DNA of 64,000 nucleotides from Reclinomonas americana ATCC 50394 (GCA_048213135.1 PS015009.1:1302001-1366000); one strand, 5' to 3'. Shown: positions 30,436 through 41,211, counted from the stretch's first letter. Made by a program: numbers and translations. The notes: a model not told the origin generated them from the letters alone.

Positions 30436-31112
30436 TAATAGTAGGTTTTACAGTTGCTGTTTTCCGTGCGGGAACCGGGTGATACGCGACTGTCTACCCG
30501 GCTGAGTTCTACGATACCAGCGGGTGCAATTGCAGTTCTGTTTATATCAGCAACCTCTCTTTCAGGTTCGCGGCGGGAAGGAGTGGCTTCATATTGAGCC
30601 GTCCTGTTTTTTCTTCTTGCAGCTTTTTTCAGTAGTCCCCGGGTAATATCCCATGAACCGCCATCCACATTCATGAGTGAGCCCAGCTGCTTTACCATAT
30701 GCGTAAGTTTTTTCCTGTTGCGGCAGCGACTGCAATCGTGCGACTCCTCCTGCCGGGAATAAGGATAGGCTTGGTAATATTCACTGGCGCCAGGATAATA
30801 TGCCGGAAGAAAGGTATTCGGGCCGGAGAAGAAATTACCCCATACCGCAGCCATATATATGTAGCCGCCGCTTTGCTGATAACCAGCAAATGGATTTACC
30901 GGCGGAAATGCTGATGTACCGGGATTGATCCTGCTGTCGTTGTCCGGTCCTTTAAATTCACCCGCAGCCTTTCCCGGTTCGGCAGGCGAGAAAAACTCAC
31001 TGATGGTATAGCCCAGGAGCAGGCCAAAGAGCAGGAAGCGGAACATCCAGCGATAGGTGGGTGCAGGAAGTTGTACTGTGATGGTCGTGGAAGAGTCAAT
31101 CGTTTTCATCAT
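30435..31112 (-). CDS. Hypothetical protein with one N-terminal TM segment, coupled to the ABC ATPase
   Basis: The stop overlaps the ATPase start (TAATG). No recognisable domain; the start is uncertain. Confidence 0.45.
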   Translation of the reverse strand: MMKTIDSSTTITVQLPAPTYRWMFRFLLFGLLLGYTISEFFSPAEPGKAAGEFKGPDNDSRINPGTSAFPPVNPFAGYQQSGGYIYMAAVWGNFFSGPNTFLPAYYPGASEYYQAYPYSRQEESHDCSRCRNRKKLTHMVKQLGSLMNVDGGSWDITRGLLKKAARRKNRTAQYEATPSRREPEREVADINRTAIAPAGIVELSRVDSRVSPGSRTENSNCKTYY

Positions 31113-31459
31113 TTTAGTTTTTTTGTTAATAATGGTATTTGAACCCCGACTAAAATGTACCTTCACGGTTACCAGCAGCTCGGTACATTGTATGTGTCGG
31201 GTTGATGCCCTGTTGGTTTGTAACCGGCAGGGCTTTTTTTATGTTAACCCCTGTTGATTACGTTGTTTTCAATACTTCACAAAAATGGTTATAGTTTTTT
31301 ATATAAACAAAATATTTTAGATGAATTATTTTGAAAATCAATTAATTATGACGATTTTTTTCTGTTGTGTTTAGTTAATAGTGGTTGTGTTTGATTGGTA
31401 TACGGCAGCGTTTATCGATTTTTAATTATATTTAATGAATTACAATAGAATACAACCCT

Positions 31460-32401
31460 ATGTCCCGCCCAGAACTAAAACTTCTTGTATCTGTTTATCT
31501 CGTAGCATCGGATCAAGGAACGCAACCAATAAAGAGGCCTGAAATACTGCGAAAAGTGAAGGATTTTCTTGAAGAGGAACACCGGCAAAGTTTGCTCGCC
31601 CATGCCACATCAAAAAAAGGAAAGGACGGTAAACAGAAGAAAAAACAGGACTTCAATATCCGTTCACTTAATACTTATTTTTCTGAGTTTTTTTCAAAAG
31701 GCGATTTTTCTCCTATACAAAACCAATTTGGCGATTACTTGGCTATATATTGTGGGTTTAAAGATTATGATGACTTCTTACGCAAACAACCTGATCATGA
31801 TGAAAGCCTGATGCAGAAAGGGCTTCGGAAGATTCTTCCCAACTTCACGGAATCACCTGGTGGGCACGAAGCCGGTAAAAAAGATGCTCCCTCAATAAAT
31901 GATTATTATGAAAAGCTGGAGTTTGAAACTTCCGGCATGAGGATAAATTGTATCTCTTACATTCTTTATTGGGCATATGAACAGATCCCGCAAAAAACTG
32001 AGGCAATTTTAAAAACCGGGAATCAATACCGTTATATTCTAACGGAATCAGCGGGTGAAAAAAATATGGAGAAAATTGCCGAACTCATAGATGCCAATCC
32101 CCGGCTTGCAGACTTTATTAAAATACGGACACTGTATGACAAAAAACTGTTTAAAGATTTGATAAAGGGAGGGGTCTGCTTTCCATTAAGCAATGATATT
32201 GTGCTATATGAAAGGTGGGATGAAAAACTCAATGATTTCAAGTTCAAAAAAGCTATTGTAGGTGTAAAGCCCTTAGGTAACGGAGATGCTGAAAACAATG
32301 TTGTTGAGATTGAATTTCACCGCGGAGAAGACTTGCTCTACTGGTTCAAAAAAACCTGGGAGAAACTAGACCTTCCTGAGCCTGAACAAAATAAAAGTTA
32401 A
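31460..32401 (+). CDS. Hypothetical protein, possible regulator (HTH-like N-terminus plus sensor-like C-terminus)
   Basis: AT-rich 313-aa ORF divergent from the ABC operon, with an LAIYCGFKDYDDF motif ending the N-terminal domain. Confidence 0.55.
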   Translation: MSRPELKLLVSVYLVASDQGTQPIKRPEILRKVKDFLEEEHRQSLLAHATSKKGKDGKQKKKQDFNIRSLNTYFSEFFSKGDFSPIQNQFGDYLAIYCGFKDYDDFLRKQPDHDESLMQKGLRKILPNFTESPGGHEAGKKDAPSINDYYEKLEFETSGMRINCISYILYWAYEQIPQKTEAILKTGNQYRYILTESAGEKNMEKIAELIDANPRLADFIKIRTLYDKKLFKDLIKGGVCFPLSNDIVLYERWDEKLNDFKFKKAIVGVKPLGNGDAENNVVEIEFHRGEDLLYWFKKTWEKLDLPEPEQNKS

Positions 32402-32741
32402 TCTTTTCCTTCCCTTTACCACTCATCACACATACTTTACCAATCTTCCTACCGCAAGTCCCGTTTGGCCCGGATGAATATACAAGGTGGCGCCGCACGT
32501 ATATATCTTTACATCTCCAAAATAAACGGAGCCCCGCTCCCATGTAAAATGAACCTCTTATTGCTTTCGGCCCTTTTTAACTTTCGCCAAAGGGTAAAGC
32601 CTCCTTCCTTTTAAAACAGGTCGACACTTTCAACAAAACGGCACCGCTGTACACAACACTTCATGCAAACGCATGCGGTAACGTATAGTCCTGCACGCAA
32701 CCCACGTATTTTTTAACCAACAATAAAACCAAATACTAATT

Positions 32742-34658
32742 ATGGAATTCAAAGACATGCTTTTCAGTTATGGCTGGATCGGTATCCTGCTCCTTTGCCT
32801 GCTGCTGTACAAATTCATCCTGCGTGTTTTCTTTGGTATGGTCATCGTACCGGAAAACAGGATCGGGCTGGTCACCAAAAAATTCGTGCTGTTCGGCGCA
32901 CACAAAGAACTGCCCGACGGACGTATCATCGCCACCAAAGGCGAAGCGGGTTTCCAGGGTAAAACGCTGGCCCCCGGCCTTTACTGGGGCATGTGGCCCT
33001 GGCAGTATGGTGTGGATATGCAGGCTTTTACCGTGATCCCGGAAGGTAAGATCGGGCTGGTACTGTCCAACGACGGTATGGAAATCCCCACCGGCGCCAT
33101 CCTCGCCAGGAAGGTAGACAGTGACAACTACCAGGACGCGGAAAAGTTCCTCAATAACGGCGGACAAAAAGGCCGGCAAACGGCTTACATCACCGCAGGT
33201 ACCTATCGTATCAACACATTCGCATTCACGGTAACCATCGCAGATATGGTGATCATTCATGAGAACATGGTGGGCATTGTTACCACACTCGACGGTGAAC
33301 CCATCGAGAACGGGCAGATCGCGGGTAAATATGCGGAAGGGCACAACAACTTCCAGAACTTCGACGTATTCCTGGAACAGGGCGGTAACAGGGGTTTGCA
33401 GCCATCCATCATCCTGGCGGGCAGCTACAACATCAATCCCTGGGCTATACAGATCGAGGAAGTGCCGATGACCGATGTGCCTATTGGCTATGTAGGCGTG
33501 GTAATCTCTTATATTGGCCAGGATGGGCAGGACCTTACCGGCGAAAGCTTCAAACACGGTAACATTGTGAGTAAGGGACAACGCGGCGTATGGATGGAAC
33601 CTTACGGACCGGGTAAATATCCTTTCAACAAATACACCATGAAAGTGGAACTGGTGCCCACCACCAACCTGGTACTGAACTGGGCCAACAGCCGCAGCGA
33701 ATCGCACCAGCTGGACAAGAACCTGTCGACCATCACTGTACGTTCGCAGGACGGTTTCCCGTTCAACCTCGACGTATCGCAGATCATCCACATCCCTGCC
33801 AATGAAGCGCCTAAAGTGATCGCCCGCTTCGGCAGCATGAACAACCTGGTAAGCCAGGTGCTGGAGCCTACCATTGGCAACTATTTCAGGAACTCGGCGC
33901 AGGACAGTGATGTGATCGCCTTCCTGGCTTCCCGTAAGGAAAGACAACAGGCCGCCAAGGAGAACATGAAAGAAGTACTGGATGAGTACAACGTAAACGC
34001 GGTGGATACGCTCATTGGTGACATCGCTCCACCGGAATCGCTGATGAAAACACTGACCGACCGTAAGATCGCCCAGGAAGAAGAGAAGACCTACACCACG
34101 CAAAAACTGGCGCAGGAAAAACGCCAGGGCATGGAAAAGGAAACCGCCATTGCCGATATGCAGAAGGACATTGTGAAGGCGCAGCAAAGCGTGGAGATCG
34201 CCCAACGCACTGCCGACGCGGCCGTTAAAAAAGCGGAAGGTGATGCCAACAGTTTGAAACTGCAGGTAGACGCGGAAGCCACTGCCACCAAAATGAGGGC
34301 CAGTGCTGAAGCTGAGGCAACCAAGGCCCGTGCAGGCGCACAAGCCGAAGCCACCAAACTGAACGCGGCTGCCGATGCGGAAAAGATCAGCAAGACCGGT
34401 TTGGCCGAAGCGGAAAAGATCATGGCCATTGGTAAGAGTACTGCCGAAGCCTATGAATTGCAGGTGAAAGCGATGGGCGGTGATAACTTTACCAAATACA
34501 AGATCACAGAAGAGATCGGTAAAGGCGCCATTAAAGTAATGCCCGACATCCTTATTGGTAACGGCAGCGGTACCGAAGGCGGTATCAGCGGACTGCTCGG
34601 TATGAAATTGATGGAAATGATGGAAGTAAAGAAAAACGAAGAGGCGGATAACAACTAA
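32742..34658 (+). CDS. SPFH/flotillin-family membrane protein
   Basis: N-terminal TM, repeated G.Q...L.PG.Y units, SPFH core (VRSQDGFPFNLDVSQIIHI) and an Ala/Glu-rich coiled coil. Confidence 0.9.
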   Translation: MEFKDMLFSYGWIGILLLCLLLYKFILRVFFGMVIVPENRIGLVTKKFVLFGAHKELPDGRIIATKGEAGFQGKTLAPGLYWGMWPWQYGVDMQAFTVIPEGKIGLVLSNDGMEIPTGAILARKVDSDNYQDAEKFLNNGGQKGRQTAYITAGTYRINTFAFTVTIADMVIIHENMVGIVTTLDGEPIENGQIAGKYAEGHNNFQNFDVFLEQGGNRGLQPSIILAGSYNINPWAIQIEEVPMTDVPIGYVGVVISYIGQDGQDLTGESFKHGNIVSKGQRGVWMEPYGPGKYPFNKYTMKVELVPTTNLVLNWANSRSESHQLDKNLSTITVRSQDGFPFNLDVSQIIHIPANEAPKVIARFGSMNNLVSQVLEPTIGNYFRNSAQDSDVIAFLASRKERQQAAKENMKEVLDEYNVNAVDTLIGDIAPPESLMKTLTDRKIAQEEEKTYTTQKLAQEKRQGMEKETAIADMQKDIVKAQQSVEIAQRTADAAVKKAEGDANSLKLQVDAEATATKMRASAEAEATKARAGAQAEATKLNAAADAEKISKTGLAEAEKIMAIGKSTAEAYELQVKAMGGDNFTKYKITEEIGKGAIKVMPDILIGNGSGTEGGISGLLGMKLMEMMEVKKNEEADNN

Positions 34659-34673
34659 CCGCAGCATAACATC

Positions 34674-34713
34674 ATAAAAGACCTGTATGAATATCTCATG
34701 CAGGTCTTTTTTA
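34674..34713. terminator. Rho-independent terminator
   Basis: AAAAGACCTGTATGA-ATATC-TCATGCAGGTCTTTT. Confidence 0.8.
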
Positions 34714-34797
34714 TTGCCCGGTCTTATTTTCAGTTTTGATAAATGGGGCCGCCTGCAGGAAGCGGCCCCGGGGTGGATTAATGTTCCGTTCTTACTA

Positions 34798-36318
34798 TCA
34801 GTCTTTAAGTACCAGAATTTTTTCTGCTGATTGTGTACCGTTTCCGGTAATGAGGATCTTCAAAGTATACATGCCAGGCTGGAGTCCGGTAATACCAAGA
34901 CTATTACCGGGGATATTGCTCCATTGCCTGATAATGCGTCCACTCATGTCCGTTAGTGCGGCACTGCGCCCGGTGCTCATATCGGGGAATACCACGGTCA
35001 CTTTTCCGTCTTTCGACGGGTTGGGATAGATCAATGTACGGGCAGCATCGGCATCGCCGCGTACCAGCCGGGTTTCGCTGTATTTTATCTTTCCGTCTAT
35101 ATCCGACTGGCGCAGCCGGTATTGCGTAACCCCTTTTGTTGAATTGATATCGCTGTAGCGGTAAACCAGCGGCGTACTGCTGTTGCCACCAGGCGCCTGC
35201 GATGCCACAAAAGCAATGTCCTGCCAGCCAGCCCCGGTATTTCTTTCTACTGTAAAACCTTTATTGTTCTGCTCCTGGGTAGTGGTCCATTGCAGCGACA
35301 CGCTGCCGCCATTCCGCTGTGCATCAAACAGGGTGAGCCCCACCGCCAGTATACCGCAGGCATTATTCGCTTCATACAGTACCAGGTTGGAGAATACGGT
35401 AGGCGCTGTGATCAGGTACCAGAGCGAACGATCTTTATAGGCGGGCAGCGCATACGGAGAGTTAGGATCATCGAATGACTGGTTGCTTACCGAATAAGGA
35501 GCACCTGCCGATATGGTATGCGGGCCGCTGTTGTTCACCACCAGGAAGTCGGTGGAGGTGTTGAAAACACCATCTCCGTTATCGACATAAACATTATAGT
35601 AAATATTGAAGGGCGTGGTTTGCGAGGTGCTCGCCAGCAGGGAATACTTAAGCGGGTTGTTGCAGGTCTTCGTTCCGCTTACGTTCACATCATTAACGGT
35701 GAATGACCAGTTAAGCATAGAGCAATGTATGGGCGGGTTGTTGCCATTGGACTGGCTCGACCAGGCGTCGCCGGTAAAAGAAAGGGAACTGCTGCAACCG
35801 TTAGGTCCGGCAGGCGTGGGTATTCTTACCACTACATTGGAAATCGTATACCTGTAATTAGCCCCGGATGTTTGTCTTACCACGGTAATTCCCGGGTTGG
35901 TGGTGGTATTCTTTACCGGTGCATCCGGATCGGGGCCATACGTGCTTTCCAGGGTAAGCGGTACATTCTCATTATTGATGATAACCGTGGCCAGTGCGTT
36001 TTGCAGGATGTTCAGGTTATCGCCGCCGTTGTTGTTGTATTCCGGTTGCGTGTTCTGCGTTGTACTGTACGCATTGTAATTGGCATTGCCGATCCAGTTT
36101 TGATAATCGGCCGTGCGCCAGAGATGAACAAACGTATATTTGTTCCCGCCATTCTGGTTGATTTCGAATGAAATGTTGAAGTTGATGTCGCAGTAACCTG
36201 CTACAGGAGTGGAAATAAAATTCAACTCAACAGTTGGACTGATAAAATTACATTGGGCAGAGATCTTCAGGATAAAGAGCATAAAACTACCCACTGTAAG
36301 GAGTAATGCTTTTTTCAT
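34798..36318 (-). CDS. Secreted T9SS type-A sorting domain protein
   Basis: Signal peptide, V.L..F.A...V.LQWTT.QEQNNKGFTVER Ig-like domain and IYPNPS C-terminal domain. Confidence 0.85.
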   Translation of the reverse strand: MKKALLLTVGSFMLFILKISAQCNFISPTVELNFISTPVAGYCDINFNISFEINQNGGNKYTFVHLWRTADYQNWIGNANYNAYSTTQNTQPEYNNNGGDNLNILQNALATVIINNENVPLTLESTYGPDPDAPVKNTTTNPGITVVRQTSGANYRYTISNVVVRIPTPAGPNGCSSSLSFTGDAWSSQSNGNNPPIHCSMLNWSFTVNDVNVSGTKTCNNPLKYSLLASTSQTTPFNIYYNVYVDNGDGVFNTSTDFLVVNNSGPHTISAGAPYSVSNQSFDDPNSPYALPAYKDRSLWYLITAPTVFSNLVLYEANNACGILAVGLTLFDAQRNGGSVSLQWTTTQEQNNKGFTVERNTGAGWQDIAFVASQAPGGNSSTPLVYRYSDINSTKGVTQYRLRQSDIDGKIKYSETRLVRGDADAARTLIYPNPSKDGKVTVVFPDMSTGRSAALTDMSGRIIRQWSNIPGNSLGITGLQPGMYTLKILITGNGTQSAEKILVLKD

Positions 36319-36861
36319 AACATTAATTTTCTTGTAAGAGGATGTTGTTAAGCGGTGTTTCACAGAAACATGAAGCTCTTCAGAGGAAATAGAATTTTTG
36401 CCTTACCGGTACAGCACAATGCCCTTACCGAAAGGATAATAAGTTTCACAGAAAGACAAGGGGTCTTCTTCAGAGGAATGAAGATTTTAAAGCCGTGGGG
36501 TAAATGGTGCAGCCCTCGCGGAAATATGTTTTCACGGAAAACGGAGACATTCTTCAGAGGAATTATGATCTTAAACACCAATGGGGTAAACACACTGGCC
36601 TGCCTGGTGGTTAGGATTTGAGCTGCAGAAGAGGATGAGTCAAAATGAATATCTAAGTTAGTAACAATTTATCCCAAATGCAAGCATTATTTTCTGCCGA
36701 AACCCTCTACAGTAGCGGATTTTATGATAATTAACAGTAAATCAATGTATACAAGGTTCACGTAATATTCAAACATTTATTACCGTCCGTCATGGCAGCC
36801 ATTGTTTCCACGGCAGGGCGTACTACATTTGCTCTCCTGCTCACCATTTAAACCGCTATTC

Positions 36862-39147
36862 ATGCGATCATTATTCTCGGTCTTACTGGTATACTGCTGC
36901 TCTGCCGCCATGGCACAGCAAAATCTTGTTCCTTTTGTTAAACCCATCATCGGCACACAACGCATGGGCCATACCTATCCCGGTGCCACTGTTCCGTTTG
37001 GTATGGTACAGCTGAGCCCGGATACGGATACCATCCCTTTCCTCTCCGGCGGCAAGTACAATCCCGATGTATATAAATACTGCGCCGGTTACCAGTACGA
37101 TGATAAGACCATCGTTGGTTTCAGTCATACCCATTTCAGCGGCACGGGCCACAGCGACCTGGGTGATTTTCTGCTGATGCCTACAACCGGTCCATTGCAA
37201 CTTAATCCCGGAACCGCGGCCGATCCCGGATCGGGCTATCGCTCAACTTTTTCACACAACAACGAAACCGCAGAAGCGGGTTATTATAAAGTATTGCTCG
37301 ATGATCATCATATTACCGCCGAGCTGACTGCCACCAACCGTGTGGGTTTTCACCAGTACAGCTTCCCGGCATCGGAACAGGCGCATGTTATTTTTGACCT
37401 CTCCAGCGGCATCTATAATTATGATGATAAAAATGTATGGACATATGTTCGCGTAGTGAACGACAGCACCATCACGGGTTTCCGCCAAACCAACGGCTGG
37501 GCCCGCACCCGCACGGTGTACTTCGCCATGCGTTTTTCAAAACCTTTTACCCAGTATGGCAGTAAAGAATATGCGAAACAATCGTACCGGGGTTTTTGGG
37601 GTAAGTTTGATCAAAGCAAAAATTTCCCGGAGATTGCCGGTAAACAAATCCGGATGTATTTCGATTTTAAAACCCTGGAGAATGAAAAGATAAAAGTGAA
37701 GTTCGCCCTGTCACCGGTGAGCATGCAGGGAGCACTCAACAACATGAAGACAGAACTGCCGGGCTGGAATTTTGAACAAACCAAACAGCAGGCGCAGGCT
37801 TCGTGGAATAAAGAGCTGAACAAAGTACAGGTGGAAGGCAGCACAGACCTGAAGACCAATTTTTATACCGCGTTGTACCATACTTTCATCAGCCCCACAA
37901 CTTATATGGATGCGGATGGCGCTTATAAAGGTCTTGACCAGGACATTCACTACGCGAAAAATTTTACTAACTACACCACTTTCTCTCTTTGGGATACCTA
38001 CCGTGCGCTGCACCCGCTGTTCAACATTGTTCAGCCCAAACGCAACGCGGATATGGTACAGTCGATGCTGCAGCACTTTGACCAGAGTTCGCTGCACATG
38101 CTGCCCATATGGAGCCACTATGCCAACGACAACTGGTGTATGTCGGGCTACCACAGTGTTTCCGTTATTGCCGATGCTTTTATAAAAGGTAATGCTTCCG
38201 GTATGGACATCAATAAAGCGCTTGACGCCTGCATTACCACCGCACGTAATCGTAAGTATGAAGGCATTGGGCTGTACATGGATAAAAATTATATCCCCGC
38301 CGATAAAAGCGGGGTAGGTACCTCCACCACGCTGGAATATGCTTATGATGACTGGTGCATTGCACAACTCGCCAAAAAAGCCGGGCGTAATGATATTTAC
38401 CGCGAATTCCTGCAACGATCGCAGAACTACAATAATGTATTCGACAACAGCACCCGTTTTATGCGGGCCCGCCTGAGCGATGGAAAATTCAAAGAACCTT
38501 TTGACCCGCTGAGCACCAATGGACAGGGATTCATTGAAGGCAATTCCTGGAACTTCAGCTTTTTTGTACCGCATGACCCCGCGTCGCTCGTAAAGCTGAT
38601 GGGTGGCAATACGGCTTTCACCAGCCGCCTCGACAGCCTGTTTACCATGCACCTGCCTGATGAATTTTTTGCCGAAACCGAAGACATCACCCGTGATGGT
38701 ATCATTGGCGGTTATGTGCATGGCAATGAACCCGCCCACCACGTGGCCTATCTCTACAACTGGTCTGGCGCCCCCTGGAAAACACAGGCGGAAGTAAGGC
38801 ATATCCTGGAGATGCAGTACAAACCTGCTCCGGACGGACTGGGTGGAAACGATGATGCCGGGCAAATGAGCGCCTGGTATATCTTCAGCTCACTTGGATT
38901 TTATCCTGTGGCGCCGGGCAGTACGGAATATGCTATTGGCAGTCCTTCTGTTGATAAAGCCGTGCTGCACCTCGATAATGGTAAAACATTTACCGTAGAA
39001 ACGAAAAACCAATCTGCCACTAATGTATATGTGCAGTCCGTTACACTTAATGGTAAACCACACCCTTCGTTTTTCCTTTCACACAGTGATATTATGAATG
39101 GTGGCAAAGTCGTTTTTGTGATGGGAAATAAACCGGTTATGCAATAA
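36862..39147 (+). CDS. GH92 alpha-mannosidase
   Basis: GHTYPGATVPFGMVQLSPDT, GFSHTHFSGTG, FSLWDTYR, TLEYAYDD, HGNEPAHH and GNDDAGQMSAWY. Confidence 0.93.
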   Translation: MRSLFSVLLVYCCSAAMAQQNLVPFVKPIIGTQRMGHTYPGATVPFGMVQLSPDTDTIPFLSGGKYNPDVYKYCAGYQYDDKTIVGFSHTHFSGTGHSDLGDFLLMPTTGPLQLNPGTAADPGSGYRSTFSHNNETAEAGYYKVLLDDHHITAELTATNRVGFHQYSFPASEQAHVIFDLSSGIYNYDDKNVWTYVRVVNDSTITGFRQTNGWARTRTVYFAMRFSKPFTQYGSKEYAKQSYRGFWGKFDQSKNFPEIAGKQIRMYFDFKTLENEKIKVKFALSPVSMQGALNNMKTELPGWNFEQTKQQAQASWNKELNKVQVEGSTDLKTNFYTALYHTFISPTTYMDADGAYKGLDQDIHYAKNFTNYTTFSLWDTYRALHPLFNIVQPKRNADMVQSMLQHFDQSSLHMLPIWSHYANDNWCMSGYHSVSVIADAFIKGNASGMDINKALDACITTARNRKYEGIGLYMDKNYIPADKSGVGTSTTLEYAYDDWCIAQLAKKAGRNDIYREFLQRSQNYNNVFDNSTRFMRARLSDGKFKEPFDPLSTNGQGFIEGNSWNFSFFVPHDPASLVKLMGGNTAFTSRLDSLFTMHLPDEFFAETEDITRDGIIGGYVHGNEPAHHVAYLYNWSGAPWKTQAEVRHILEMQYKPAPDGLGGNDDAGQMSAWYIFSSLGFYPVAPGSTEYAIGSPSVDKAVLHLDNGKTFTVETKNQSATNVYVQSVTLNGKPHPSFFLSHSDIMNGGKVVFVMGNKPVMQ

Positions 39148-39163
39148 GGCAGGGATATACTAA

Positions 39164-39186
39164 TTTTGCTTATTAATTATGCAAAA
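39164..39186. promoter_or_regulatory. Candidate NrtR operator (autoregulatory)
   Basis: TTTTGCTT-ATTAATT-ATGCAAAA overlaps the nrtR start codon. Confidence 0.7.
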
Positions 39187-39871
39187 CCGGTCATCGCAGA
39201 TAAAAGTTACGGTAGACGCCATTGTGTTTGGTTATTCCAAGCAGGATGGGGTGTCTGTCCTGCTCATCCAGCGCAAATATGATCCTTACAAAAATAAATG
39301 GGCCCTGCCCGGCGGTTTTGTGCTGGAAGAAGAGTCGCTTGAAGAAGCGACAAGAAGGGAATTGCAGGAGGAGACCGGCATTGAGGTCAATTACCTGGAA
39401 CAGTTGTATACTTTTGGTGAGCCGGGCCGCGATCCGAGGCAGCGTATTATTTCGGTGGCTTATTTCGGGCTGGTGAAAACATCGCAGTACCAGCAACTGA
39501 AGGCCAGTACCGATGCGGAAAATGCACAATGGTTTCCGTTAAGAAAGACCCCGGCCCTCGCTTTCGATCACCAGCAGATACTGAACACCGCTGTTGAACG
39601 GCTCCGCAGCAAACTCCGTTACCAGCCTATTGGTTTTGAATTGCTCGATAAAAAATTTCCCTTCTCTGACCTGGAGAAATTGTATCGAGATCTTTTGGAT
39701 AAAGACATCAACCGACGCAATTTCAGCAAGAAAATATTATCCTTTGGTTTACTGGAAGAGACCGGTGAATTATCGAAGCCCGAAGGCAAGGGGCGACCGA
39801 GCAAGATCTACCAGTTCAACACCAGGCGGTACAAAAGCCTGTTGAAAGAAGGTTTTCACTTCGAGATATGA
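39179..39871 (+). CDS. nrtR: NrtR-family regulator (Nudix plus winged helix)
   Basis: VTVDAIVFG, WALPGGFV..EESLEEATRRELQEETG, RDPRQRIIS, LAFDH, and a wHTH with NRRNFSKK and GRPSKIY. Confidence 0.88.
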   Translation: MQNRSSQIKVTVDAIVFGYSKQDGVSVLLIQRKYDPYKNKWALPGGFVLEEESLEEATRRELQEETGIEVNYLEQLYTFGEPGRDPRQRIISVAYFGLVKTSQYQQLKASTDAENAQWFPLRKTPALAFDHQQILNTAVERLRSKLRYQPIGFELLDKKFPFSDLEKLYRDLLDKDINRRNFSKKILSFGLLEETGELSKPEGKGRPSKIYQFNTRRYKSLLKEGFHFEI

Positions 39872-39877
39872 TCATTT

Positions 39878-40492
39878 ATGCTGCAGCCAATCTTTACAGA
39901 ACTCGTCGGGCGGTATACTGAGGACGAGGCCCTTATTCTGTCGTTCTGGAACGAGATAGAGAAAAAGTATTCCGGCAGGAAAAGATATTACCACAACCTT
40001 ACCCATTTGCAATCAATGTATGATGTTCTTTCCGGTTGCAAAGAAGAGATCCATGATTGGGACATCGTTCTTTTTTCCCTTTTCTACCACGATATCATAT
40101 ATAATGTGCTGCGCAGCGATAACGAAGAAAAGAGTGCAGCAATGGCCGTAACAAAACTTCGCCAGCTCAACATCACTGGAGACAGCATTGAAAAATGCAG
40201 GCAGTTAATATTAGCTACTAAAGCTCATTCAGCAGCAACCAATACCGATATACAGTTTTTTACCGATGCCGATCTTTCCATACTGGGCCAGCCCGCGGAA
40301 GTATATGAAGCATACAGTAAGCAGGTAAGAAAAGAGTATGCCATTTATCCGGATATGGTTTACAAGCCCGGCCGTAAAAAAGTGCTGGAGCATTTCCTGG
40401 GGATGAGAAAGATATACCAGTCTGCCTGGTTTTACAACAGCTACGAATCAACGGCCCGGCTCAATCTTCAAAAAGAACTGGAGCAATTATAG
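39878..40492 (+). CDS. HD-superfamily metal-dependent phosphohydrolase
   Basis: RYYHNLTH, FYHDIIY, ATKAH, DADLSILG and VRKEY. Confidence 0.85.
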   Translation: MLQPIFTELVGRYTEDEALILSFWNEIEKKYSGRKRYYHNLTHLQSMYDVLSGCKEEIHDWDIVLFSLFYHDIIYNVLRSDNEEKSAAMAVTKLRQLNITGDSIEKCRQLILATKAHSAATNTDIQFFTDADLSILGQPAEVYEAYSKQVRKEYAIYPDMVYKPGRKKVLEHFLGMRKIYQSAWFYNSYESTARLNLQKELEQL

Positions 40493-40500
40493 GCTGCTTA

Positions 40501-40573
40501 TTTTGCTTGATAAAAAAGCAAAATTTGGCGATTTCCGTTTTGCCGCTTATTTTTGCTTTCAATTGAAGCAAAA
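40501..40573. promoter_or_regulatory. Two candidate NrtR operators
   Basis: TTTTGCTT-GATAAAA-AAGCAAAA (40501-40523) and TTTTGCTT-TCAATTG-AAGCAAAA (40551-40573). Confidence 0.8.
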
Positions 40574-41211
40574 TGAAACAATACGAATATTATACAGAAC
40601 AGGTGAAGCGCCTTCCGGTGGAAGGTCAGCGGGTTATTGCTTCCGTTGAAAACGATCATATCATTGTATACCAGGCGTTCAATCCCCGCATTGCGGCTTA
40701 TGCAGTACAGCACCAGCAGTTCGGCGGGCCTGACTATAGTTTTAACCGGATGTCGTGGATCAAACCGGGATTCCTCTGGATGATGTACCGATCCGGCTGG
40801 GCCGGAAAACCCAACCAGGAAAGGGTTCTGGTAATCACGGTTCCGCTGGTTCATTTTAAAACTATACTGTCGGAAAGCACTTTTACCTCTTTTAACAGTG
40901 ATGATACATCAGCAAAAGAAAAATGGAAAGAACAATTATCGGAAACGGAAGTGCGGTTACAATGGGACCCTGATCATGATCCGTATGGTGTAAAGCAACA
41001 GCGGAAGGCCATACAACTGGGCATGAAAGGAGCAATATTAAAAAAGTTCACTTCGGAGTGGATCTCCCGTATAGAAGATATTACGCCTTTTGTGAAGGAG
41101 CAATACTTACATGTACAGCAAAACAACCTGGCACAGTTACGCGTTCCTTACGAGGAAGTGATAACAATAGGCGACGAACGATTAATTAAAAGATGCGGCA
41201 TTACTATATAA
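40573..41211 (+). CDS. DUF4291-family protein
   Basis: IVYQAF, RMSWIKPGFLWMMYRSGW, VRLQWDPDH and RKAIQLG. Confidence 0.85.
   Translation: MKQYEYYTEQVKRLPVEGQRVIASVENDHIIVYQAFNPRIAAYAVQHQQFGGPDYSFNRMSWIKPGFLWMMYRSGWAGKPNQERVLVITVPLVHFKTILSESTFTSFNSDDTSAKEKWKEQLSETEVRLQWDPDHDPYGVKQQRKAIQLGMKGAILKKFTSEWISRIEDITPFVKEQYLHVQQNNLAQLRVPYEEVITIGDERLIKRCGITI

Noticed and set aside
32402-32741. Riboswitch in the long flotillin leader
   Set aside because: I could not recognise any riboswitch consensus or convincing stem set by eye; an Rfam scan would be needed.
32736-34667. 643-aa minus-strand ORF
   Set aside because: It is an antisense shadow of the flotillin gene with no recognisable motifs.
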